From assembly GCF_018977255.1 (NCBI RefSeq), contig NW_024704757.1, forward strand, positions 7,688,001-7,752,000: a DNA stretch of 64,000 nt. The letters run 5' to 3'. The position numbers were made by a program, and so were the translations under genes. The notes beneath the pieces were generated by a model. That model was not told the origin of the DNA and made no database searches. It worked only from the letters and a program-made list of their open reading frames with translations. The stretch's first letter is position 1, and every line of letters begins with the position of its first letter. Positions 38,457 through 50,400 of this stretch are shown piece after piece. This stretch comes from Callorhinchus milii (taxonomy: Eukaryota).

Positions 38457-41400
38457 TTATAGTTTCCTGGAATCCTTGGATTCAAAAAGCTTCATGCGTT
38501 CTTGTATTGTCAGACCTTCCTTCAAACTCTGTGGAAAGAGTGAAAGAGCGTGTGAGTGAGAAACAAACATGGTGTGTGTGAGAGATAGACAGTGTGTGTG
38601 TGTGTGTGTGAGAGAGAGACAGCAGGTGTATGAGTATGCGTGAGTGTGCGTGAGACAGTGTGTGAGACAGAAAGTATCAGAATGTGAGTGAGAGAAAGAC
38701 AGTGTGCGAGTGAGACAGAGTATGTGTGAGAGAGAGACTGAGTGTGTGAGAGAGTCAGTGTGTGACATAAACAGCGTGTGAGAGAGAAACAATGTGAGAA
38801 AGTATGTGAGAGAGTGAGTGCGTGGGTGAAATTGAGTGAGTGTGTGTGAGACAGAAAACTGGGCTTTCCATTAATGCAGAAACTATTCAAGAGCCGACCT
38901 AAAGAACCATCCAGAAAACAAACATTGTAAACGAGTTTTCCCCACATGTTTTAGACAATTCAAATGAGTGAATGCGTGATGCTCTTTCTGGGTCTGAGAC
39001 TGAAGTGGATTCAGGTCTCGATCCGACAGTGAGATAATAATAATGAAATAATAATATTGATATCGCAGGCTCTAAAAGTGAATTCTCAACCTGCATCCAG
39101 TCTATTCTGTCTGAACTAAAGACAATTTTAAATAAAAAACAGAACAATTTATAAATGTTTGGGTTATTGCTGTGACAAATCTACACTAATCTCTACTGTC
39201 ACTAAGTGAAAGGTCTCCTGGTCTCAACGGCAACACAAACCCTCTTGTAAGGCCTCACGGAAGGTGGCAATGATGATGATGGGGTGGTGTGGGGGGGGGG
39301 TCAGTGACCTCAGGTTGGGGGCACTACGTTTGTTGTATTTTCTCTTTCCTCAAAGTTCATAGAACATTGGTAAATAGAAACCATCCAACATTTTGTTTTA
39401 ATGAAACCCCCTCCTCCCCCCTCCTCATGCAGATAAAACATTTGCACAAACAAACAAACAAACAAACAAACAAAGCCCCACATTCCAGCATGCGGACTCT
39501 GGTGGGAGGCAAGTTACAATATCACATGCATCCAGCACTGCAATCAGCACCTCATGCAGACCAGCCCCTGGTCACAGACAGACTTGTTAGGAAGGTGTTT
39601 GATCTGCGGTGAAGCTCAAACCCATTCCACCTTCCAATTAACATGACCAACAAATGCCTTTGGCTCCCAGCATGCACAACACCAGGGTCAGACACGCTCA
39701 CCAAACACTGACGGCTCAACTGTTCCGTCTACAGCTTTCCCACAGGAAACGCCTCGTGTTCTCCCGTAATCCATCTCAAACACTTTTCATTAACTTCACC
39801 AGTGCCTATAATCACAATGTTGCATTATTGCTCATCATAAAATCTCTTCTAATTTATATTGCCGTCTCTCCTATCTGCAGCTGCTGACTTGAGTGCTTAC
39901 CTTTTCCTCCATACAGATTTTGTTTTATTGTTATTTTGTTGTAAAAACCCACAAGTTTGATCAGTGACCTGGTCCCCATCAGAGACCCAAAGCCCACGAT
40001 ATAGCGCTCTCTCTGCCCCCACCCCACCTCCGTGAGCACATGCTGGTCTTTGCGACATAAACTGGGCTGCGTTAGGGCTACAGAGGAGAGCAGCGAGGCT
40101 GATCCCCTGGGATGGCCTGTGTGGGATACACACGGCAGCATTTATGAGTATTGGGCAGTTCTCACCTTCGACCTCAGGGTGCGCAGGGGACGGCTGTACT
40201 GAGGTCTCTCCCTCTTCAGGAAATCAGGGTTACTTTTAGATTTCATTATGTCTGAGGAAAGTGAAAGATTAAAACAAACAAGACTGTTTCAGTGACCAAG
40301 CTGGACAATTTGTAAAACATTAAAATGGAGGAACAGCAAACTGTGTCTCGGGTGCTCGTGTTTTTTTTACCATAAACAGGAACATGTCCACTGCCGCCAC
40401 ACAGAGCCTCAGTCGCCTCTTTTAACTGTTCTCTCAACCGGTTGATGTCACAATCGGCCTTGGCTCGAACGATGCTCAGCTCTGTGTAAATATCCTTGTA
40501 CTTATCTGTCGAGTATTTCTTGTCCTTAGAGACAAAACGTAAAACATTTTAAATGGGCATAAAATGGCAGGTCACCAGCAACAGAGAATTACTGCCAACT
40601 GTCGTGGCTAATTTAATGAATCTGCTTCAGCATCGACTGCAATCAATGTCACATATGGTTGCACAGCAACGTAGGGAGTCACAAACACTCTTACCCTCAG
40701 GGCGGTGTGCAATTCATCTTTTACTGAACTAATCTCTTGTTTAAGATACTGAATTTCAGATTCTTTGACCCGCAATAAAACCTGAAAGATTAAAGGTAGA
40801 AATTATGTCTATAGCAGATTATACACTAGTTACTGTAACAATTTCTATCTTAACAAGCACCTTCCCACCAGACTGACCACAAAACTCCCCCCACACTGAA
40901 CCAAACACTGCCCTCCCCAGACTGAACCCCAACACTGCCCTCCCCAGACTGAACCCCAACACTGCCCTCCCCAGACTGAACCCCAACACTGCCCTCCCCA
41001 GACTGAACCCCAACACTGCCCTCCCCAGACTGAACCCCAACACTGCCCTCCCCAGACTGAACCCCAACACTGCCCTCCCCAGACTGAACCCCAACACTAC
41101 CCTCCCCAGACTGAACCCCAACACTGCCCTCCCCAGACTGAACCCCAACACTGCCCTCCCCAGACTGAACCCCAACACTGCCCTCCCCAGACTGACCCCA
41201 ACACTGCCCCCACACACTGGCAATCTGTCCGCCCAGTCCTTACCTCTAGTTCATAGCCATCTTTCCCCTGTGAGCTTGGTGAGCCAGCACGGTCTCCCCG
41301 CCCCTCCCCCGTCACCAGCTCCCGTAAACGTGCAAATTCTGCAGCCAGGCGCTTGTTCAAATCCTAGAAATGGCCAAACGACTAAAGTGAAGGCTGTGAG

Positions 41401-44400
41401 GAGCCGATATCTTGGATGTGGCTAACACAGGAACGAACGGCTTGTTGTTACCTGGTTGTGTGTGTTGAGCTCCTGATTCTCCCGCTGACACTGTTGCAGC
41501 GCCTGGCGTTCAGCCTCCAGCGCCTGGGCCAGGTGAGCGTTCTCCAAACACTTGTGGGAATATTGTTCCGACAGAACCTCCAGCTCCCGCTGAACAGATT
41601 CAATTTCCTCCCTGACAGAAAGGCAGATTGTCAGTTGCTATTAACATAAATGTCCAGTTGTGCTCACAGATCCATAACAGCCACCATCAGTGGCTCGTGA
41701 GGATAGAGAGAGATAGTGAACATGAGTTACATGGGGTTCTCTCTACTGTTCCTCATCTTTACACTGCATGGAAATGTGGGTCAGCATTTTCTCTAACTCT
41801 GCTTCGTTCTCACAGCCTTTCATTCCTGGACTGTTGCTGTGTCTGACATCAAGCCTGAGGAACTAACCTTTCCTCAAAACTCTCTGTTCACTGAATATCG
41901 GAATTAGTCTTGTCATCTAGATGCTATGTCACTCAGGCCATTTACAATTTTAGAATAAACTTTGACTATGAGCATCGTGCACTGGATGTTCAGTGCCGTC
42001 TCTCTCAGAGTAACTGTCGTCCAGTGTGCAGTCTGATTCCCGGACTGGGAGAGAGACAAAAACTCACATGTGCTGCTTGTGCAAAGCTTCTGTATCTGAA
42101 TTCATGCCACTGATTTGAGATCGCTGGGTTTTCCCTTGTTCCCGCTCCAGCTCCTCCCTGTGAGCATTCTTCATGGCTTCAATAGCTTGAGGAGAAATGG
42201 AAGATAGCGGTTACACCAACAACCGGACATTGTAGCTTCACTTCCCTCGGCTGTTGGTGTGAACGTACCCGCGATGGTGGCTGCCGTCTCCTCCGCCAGG
42301 AGCTGCTGCTTCTCCCTCTCCAGCGTCTCCCGCTCCCGCTGGTGTCGACGCTGCAGATCCTCCAGCACCTTGTGGTGAGACTCCTCCATGGCAGCGAACG
42401 CTCGCTCACACGTGGCCTGAGGGTGGAAATCAGCGTTATTCTCAACAGTGATCGGCAAAACCACATGGCAAATCTGGCTGAAACGTTTACAAACACCACG
42501 TGTCTTTGTTATCGTGGTCAATAGCTACAATTGATCCATATCTGTAAAACCATTTGATTATTAGGTATTGGCTGAGGGAGGGCTGTCGTTTAAAAAGATT
42601 GAGGCTCCTGGAGTGGCTGGGAACAAGAGCTAAGATTCGGAGCCTCCACTGTGCCCCCACTGAGCTCACACTGCCCGCACTGAGCTCACACTGCCCGCAC
42701 TGAGCTCCCACTGCCCGCACTGAGCTCCCACTGCCCGCACTGAGCTCCCACTGCCCGCACTGAGCTCACACTGCCCGCACTGAGCTCACACTGCCCGCAC
42801 TGAGCTCACATTGCCCGCACTGAGCTCACACTGCCCGCACTGAGCCAGTTGTGGGTGCTGTACAATACTGTACCGAGAACAGAGTGTGTGGGAACCACGA
42901 TTCAACTTAGGTTTTATCCTTTCTTTGGGCGAAAGGATGAAATTAGTTGAAATGTGATTTCTGAACTAACTTTCAATGCTGACACCTTGGCTGAACTACA
43001 GTGCAATGGCGCAATACTGAACAGGCGGTGAGAGTGAGGTCACTCTAGGTGAGGTCAAGGTAATGTGAGGCATTTCGTCAAATTCAAAACTTTCAGCTGG
43101 AATCAATGGTGACACACTATCTGGTTGAGTACATTCATGGTAGATTTGCTACTCCTAACTCTGGGGCGAAGTGACCAGAAACCTTAAGATTGTCAAAGTC
43201 TTTCTGTTTTTTCTCCTTCAGATCTGCAGCGTTTTCCTCCAGGCCTTTTTGCTCCAGTTCATCGCGCATTAGATTCATCTGGGTCTCCAGGTCCTCGATG
43301 CGCTCTTGCAGCACGGTCATGCTGTCGAGGTGAAACCTCCCCTCAGCCTGGCCCACGTCTCCCAGGAGCTGCCTTCTCCTGGGCCCCGTATCTTCCTTGG
43401 TGCCACTGCTCCTCTTCCTGAGGAAGCTCTGCTGAAATAATGATTCTGAATTTTCCCTCTTGTACTCAAGAGCATTTTCCAGCGCTCTGACCCTTTGCTC
43501 GTATTGGGCATGTAGATGATTTTCATCTTCACGCACTCTCGAGAGCTCCTGCATTTTATTGTGGAAACATTCTTCCAGGTCCTTGATCTTTGTTTGTTGA
43601 CAGTTTTTGGGGGACTCAGCTTCCCTCGGAGCAACACCTAACGTGTTCTGATCTGCTGTTTCCAGTCCCTCTAGGTTTTTGTGAATCAATTTTAACTCCA
43701 GTTCATGCTCGGCTTGGACCTGCTGCAAGCTGTCCTGGTGTTTCTTCTCCATGTCTTGCAGTAATGTTTGTTTCAGGGCGAGTTCAGCGTCCAAACAAGA
43801 GTTCTGATGCTTAAGGGCTTCATTTTCTTTCTCAAGCGTTGCCAGTGCTTCTGAGTAACCCTGCCATTCCTTGTGGAGAACCTCCTCGTATTTCAGCTGA
43901 ATAGAAGCAATATTTTTGGCATGTTTCTGACACAAGGCATCCATGTCACTGCACAAATCCTTGTATCTTTTGTGCTCCTCCTTGTAGTCGGTTTGTATTT
44001 TACAGACTATGTAGCTAATCTGAGCCTGAATCCCCGCCTCCTGCACCAACACCGAAGCATAATTGTTGATATTTTTCATGTAAACGTAGGATGAGAGAAC
44101 CTGTGAAACCTCCAGTAGTTTCTGACGGATTGTCTCTGTTTCCCCCTGAGACAGCGACTGCAGACCTTCCGCTAATTGCTGCAGGATGTTGGCACGTTCC
44201 TTCAGCTGATCTGACAACTCTGCTCTGGCTGAAAAGTCACATTCCTCCTGTTTCTTTCCGGAAATGTCATTTAAATGTTTTTCAACAACATTTAAAGTCG
44301 GGTTCCTGGCCTCTTCCCTTTCAATTTGTGCTAAAATCAACTCTGGGTGCCTTATGTTGAACATCTTTCTCTCGGGAACTTCCTTTAAAAGCTGCACAAA

Positions 44401-47400
44401 CTCACTGTGTGCCGGAGACTTGGAGGGATCTAGAACTTCGCTCAATATCTTGTCTTTCTCCCTGATTTCCTGCCGAGCTGTCTGAATCTCTTGTTCAAGG
44501 TTTTGAACTTTTAGTCTGAAGAACTCTGCGACCTTTTGCACGGATAAAGTTAGCTCTGCTTTTAGTGAAGCACTCTGCGCTACTTTACTAGCAAACGCAT
44601 CAATTAAAACAGCATCACATTCTTCCTTTTTGTCTTTATCTTCCTCTGGTCTGATATTTTTTCTCAACTTCTCCACTTCAATCCAGAATTCTCCTTCTGA
44701 AATTATTTTCTTTAATAAGATTTCTGCAAAGTCAACAGTGCTGCATGGTTCACTTGTGCCATCAGCAACATTGTCAGCTTCAGACACAAAGACCTCAAAC
44801 TCTTCACAGAGTCCTCCCAATCCCGTTGAGTCACTCGCTTCACTTTGCAACGTTTGAGCCATCTTATTGAGGATTAAGGCTTCAAAAGCCAATTTGTCAG
44901 CAAAGAGCTTGACCTTGTCCTGGTCGGATGCTTCCTGTTGCTGGAAGACTTCCCTCTCCCTCGCCAGCAGGAACTGGCCTCGGAGAAGCATCGCTCTGTC
45001 TGACAGACCATTGTGTATCTGCTCGTGAGCGTCCTGCAGCTCCATGTGCTGCTGCTCTAAGGATCTTCTCACTTTCTCCAAGCAATGGATAGCATTAGCA
45101 AGGCTGCTCTGCACCTCTAACAAGGTGTGAAGATGGACACTGCTTGCTTTGTTACTTTCTCGAAGCAGCACCTGGACATTGTGGTCACACGTCTCCATCA
45201 ACGAGCAGACCTGCCCGTATTGCAGCTCAATTGCCCCCAGATGGCCGTTCAGATCTTGGATTAATTTCCATCTCTTTGCTTTTTCCACTTCCAGTCGGAT
45301 GTTTACGGAATCAGCCGTAAACACACTCTCCTGCAGTTGTTCTTGAAGCTGCGCTTCCGGTTTCATCCTCTTCGGATTGGGAACATCTTGGTCGGCCTCT
45401 TTTTCCAGTATCAAAGTTGCAGCTTTTAGTTTCTCGTCAGAAGATAGAAGCTCTTTTCCTGCTTCGCTCCCTGCAGAGGAAGCAGCGTACAATGGAGCTG
45501 AAAGTACCCATCCACAGATAGGGACCTTCCCTGACTAATATCAGATGCTAAGCCGAGCCCCAACAGTTTTCCTGTTCCATCTCCAGCTCTGTACTTGTGA
45601 CACTGAATTCTGGAGAATCTGATCCTTTGCCATTTAGGAAAAGCTGAATCTGATTCTCCTCCTGTCACACCATTATCCACACCGCTCAGTATAAGGTCAG
45701 GCTCTGTTGAAGTCAGTTCAGCTTTTAATTCACTTTCCTGAGATGCTTCATATTGCTGCAAACTACCCATTCTTGTATTTTTTAGCTCTAGTTCCTCGTT
45801 CTCAAGTTGCAGCATATCTAATTGTTGTTTTAGTTCACTAATCTGCTTCTCTGCAGTGGACAATTTGTTCTGTAAGTTGTCTTGTTGATTCAGTGTATGT
45901 GTGCTGGCATCTTGTGGGCTGAGCTGCTGAAGCAGGGATGTTTGGGCTTGGAGTTGTTTCTCAGTTTCCTCTAAACTGTTTCCCAGGGCATAGAGTTTAA
46001 TCATGGCCTCATTGAGCATTCTATCCTTCTTCTTAATAAGGTTCTCGTACACATCCTTCACCTCATTCAATTCTCTGCTTTTCTCATCCAACAGCTTGTG
46101 AGCCACCTGAAGCTGCTGAGTGAGCTGTTTGTGAGAGTTCTTCACCATTAGAATCTCCGCTGGCTGATCCTGCCGTTTGGTTGCTTTGTTCATAACCTTT
46201 TCCACCAGCTGCTCTTTCTCACATTGCATCAGCGACTGGGACAAGATCTGAACGGTGATGTCTTGCTCCTCCAGCAGTTGTGACATCTGGCTTCCCTGCA
46301 GCGAGTTTCTGGGCTTTCCTCTCTGCAAATCATCCAGTTGTTCTTTAAAATCACCCAAACAGTTCTCGTATTGCTCCAGGCTTTCTTCCCCCCTCCTCAG
46401 AGTTTGAAGTTGGATCGCCTTTTCTTTTACATAATTTTGTTTAAAGATCTCGTAATGTTTCTGAAACATTTCTTCTTCGTTCAGAATACCTTGCTCACTG
46501 GCATGGAGCTGTCTGCTGTATTGTAGTGTTTGCATGTCGCCTCTTTGTGAAATCTGTTGTCTTTCTAACTCCCAAAGAGCTTGAGTTTTCTCTAAAAACA
46601 GAACTTCTGCCTCCAGCCTTTCCTCACTTTCCCTCAACTGCAAGTTTAAGGTCCTCTCCTGCTCCCACTCCACTGTGCTCTTTTGTTGCCATTTGGCCAG
46701 TTGTTGCTCAGTGGTTGGCTCCCCGTTATCCGATCCTTTATGGATGTGGATTAAACCTCTGGTTTCCTCACGGTCATGGTTCAGAGCCTGCTTCTCACAT
46801 TCGGCCCCAAACTCGATGGGCAGATGGGGATTGGCTGACTGGTGTGTTTCCAAGGATCGGGGTGGAGAGGTCACCTTTGTCTTTAAGACATTGATCAGAA
46901 ATCATGTTAATAACCATCTTCTCTCCAGGTATTGAGTGTCACACTCTGCCCAAACTGGACCAGGAAGAATTGATGGAAGATTTTTACATTTTAGGATCTG
47001 ATCTGTAGTTGTGCTTTTTCAGGTTAGATAATTTAGTACCTGCTCCCCGTCACTCAACACAGGAGCAGCGAGGGAGAGATTCCCATTGGCAGGTTGTGAA
47101 GAAAGTGTAGATTACAACAAAGCCACCACCTAATACACTAAATTTGAAATGAACAGAAACAATACGTGCTAAATACAGCCATGCAGATCACCATCACCTT
47201 AACCATTGCCTTAACCATAATCATCATATTAACCATCACCATGCAGCACGTCAACAACATAACAGCCATGCAGCAGCATTGCAGCACGCACACCCAGCCC
47301 TGCACACCCAGCCATGCAATCACGCATGGATAAAGGAGCAATAAACAGCCCAAGGCTTCTGTCCAGCTGAATGTTTCCTGGTAGGAAAGGCTGGAGATGT

Positions 47401-50400
47401 GACTCTCGATACCATGCAACAGTGGACTGAACCCCCATCGCCACCACTCGCCCAACCCCTTGCCACGCCCTCTCACCATGACACCTCACCCTCTCACCAC
47501 TCCCCTTCACCCCTCCTCCTCCTCAGAAAGCCTCACCCCCTCAACATGACACCTCGCCCACTCGACATGACACCTCAAACCCTCACGCCTCGATACACAA
47601 CCTCACCCCGCTTCCTCACCTCCATACGCTACCTTGTCTCGCCTTCCCACCTCACCCACTCGTCTCCTCACCTTAACCCTTGTCTCTCCATTCCCCGCCC
47701 TCACCACGCCCCGCCCCACCCTCACTTGCTGTTACCTGAAGGACGTAACCATCGCGGGCCGCTTGTGTCTGCTCCCGCGACACCTGCAGTTGACCCTGAA
47801 GTTGTCGATTTTGTTCATTCAGATTCCGGAGCTCCCGCTGTGCTTGCTCCAACTGTGGGAGGAAACGTAATGGGAGACGGTTACTGTTCCTACATTCATA
47901 CGAATCACAGGCCGGATTTGTCAGCCAGTTTGCGATACGCTTCTGTTTATCTGGATAGTAAACAGAGAATTAATCTGAGTGGAATGAACAGTTTCAACAA
48001 CTAATGGTGGAGTAAGCGCTCACCGGCCCGTACCTCTGTGCTGAGTGCCTGTGGCTCCTGGGCCGGGAGCCTTTCTTGCCCATTAGCCTGGGTGCTGTGG
48101 ATTGGGATTGGGACCTGGTTCTCTTCACAAAGCCGTGCACTTTCTACTTGATGCCATCGTTGCTCAATCTCCACGGAAACATTCTCTGGTCTGGCAGCTT
48201 TGGGGGTCCTGATTGACCCGTCCACCTCCAGCTTCATCAGTGGTTCATCATGCAGCGAATGGGAATCTTCAGCTGTCTCAAAGCGTCTGCGTCTCTCTTC
48301 CCGACGTCGGGCTCGGTCTCTCTCCAGCTCGCGAGGGTCTGGTTCAGTCGCGCTGCTGTTACTCAGATCCAAGTCCACCTTTGTGTCTCGACAAAACTCA
48401 GCCCAGTCGAGTGTCTTGGATCTTCCTTCTCGCCTCCGCTCCCGCGTGCGGCTGCGCTTTGATTCCGTTTCTACACATGTTCCCGTCTCAGCTTTTGTTT
48501 TCATTCTAAAGGAACCTTCAAACAGAGTCCTGGCTTTCTGCTTCTCCTCCGAAACATGGCTGTCAACAACAGAGTGAATTACTCCTGACCTCCAAACACA
48601 TGCTCGATTCCCACTCGCTCACACTCAGCCTCCGGTTACACACTCGCTCACACTCAGCCTCCGGTTATACACTCACTCACACTCAGCCTCCGGTTACACA
48701 CTCGCTCAAACTCAGTCTTTGGTTTCGCCGCACTTGCTCACGCTCAGTCTCTGGTAACCTCCACACAATCATCTGTCCTGCAGTCCCCGCCCTCAATCAG
48801 CAAAAATGCCCCACCCCCAGAGGGGCAGTGGGGAGGTGGGAGGGGGGGGGCAGGTTGCTGGGGCGTGGGGTGCAGGAGGGCTGGTGCTAAAGGTGCAGGG
48901 GGATAATTTGACTTCTACCTTGGCTTCATCAGACATTTGCAGTTAAAAAGTAAGAAAAAGTCAGCCAAGAATCAAAGCAGCAGCTGTTTAGCAACCTGAG
49001 AGATCCCAATACACGTGCGGTGTCAGTCACACGGTTGGGGACAGGACGCTTGTCACAAGTGCCTCGCCCGCTCGTGACTAACACGCCTGTGGCAAGCAGC
49101 ACAAATCACGCTCGTGTAAACCACACTGACCTGGCGACATCAGGCATAGTCACTGGACGCACATTTTTCATGATGGCCTGGATCCAGCTGTTTCGAATTC
49201 CTGACGTCATCGCGGACAAGACACACACACCTGCCTGGGTCTGCAACAAGAAGCAAACCCTGAAACTGCTTTGTTGACATCAGTCTAGAATCAATGCCTG
49301 ACCCCACACAGCACTAGCACTGAGTGCTGGCCTCAACCTTCTTTCCTATTAACCTGTTCAATCATTAGTAAGGAAATACTTCCTGGTGTCTGTGCTGTGA
49401 TCCCGCAGTCTGACAGACGTTTCTTATCACAAACTTACGTTGATCTGAAATCCGTAGTTTCTTTGCACTTCACATTCTGTCGCCTCGGAGCAGCCGTTTA
49501 AATCAACCTCACCGTCTAAATCCACTGCCTGCAAAGAGACAACAACAGCAACAATAAGCTCGCGTATAGCAGGCTTCATGTGTGGCAGTGTCTCTGAGAG
49601 CTTAATTGAAGATGGTATTGATTCAGGGACTGCCCCCAGAACCCTCCTCCCAGAGACACAAGGTGATCGACAACGTGACGGTGACTGTGCAGATAGTGTC
49701 TCACCTCCTCAGCTACAGAATCGCGGTAAAACCTCAGGAAGCGATCAGTTAGAACAAACCAATGTTTCTTCCACTGGAAGAGAAATCCAATGTCACTCGC
49801 TCATTCGGTACAGCAGCTTTCAGCACTGTGTTAGCGGGGGGAATGAAAATGACACATTCGGGATGGGATCGTACACTCGGAGGGAGTCGCCTTGTGCTGT
49901 AAATCACCCGGGAAGAGGTCAGATATCTGATAAAGACGCCAGTCTCTCACCAGCAGGGACGTTTATCACACGGTCCTACACAGTACCTAGGGCAAGCTAC
50001 ACAGTAACTACGGTAAGCTACACAGGAGGTAGGGTAAGCTACACAGAAGGTAGGGTAAGCTACACAGAAAGTAGTGTAAGCTACACAGGAGGTAGGGTAA
50101 GCTACACAGGAGGTAGGGTAAGCTACATAGGAGGTAGGGTAAGCTACACAGTAAGTAGGGTAAGCTACACAGTAAGTAGGGTAAGCTACACAGTAAGTAG
50201 GGTAAGCTACAGGGTAAGCTACACAGTAAGTAGGGTAAGCTACACAGTAAGTAGGGTAAGCTACACAGTAAGTAGGGTAAGCTACATAGGAGGTAGGGTA
50301 AGCTACACAGTAAGTAGGGTAAGCTACACAGTTAGTAGGGTAAGCTACACAGTAAGTAGGGTAAGCTACACATGAGGTAGGGTAAGCTACACAGTAACTA

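Noticed and set aside
40819-41360. Repetitive-peptide ORFs (also 15393-15744, 33720-34448, 49578-50375)
   Set aside because: They are translations of minisatellites.
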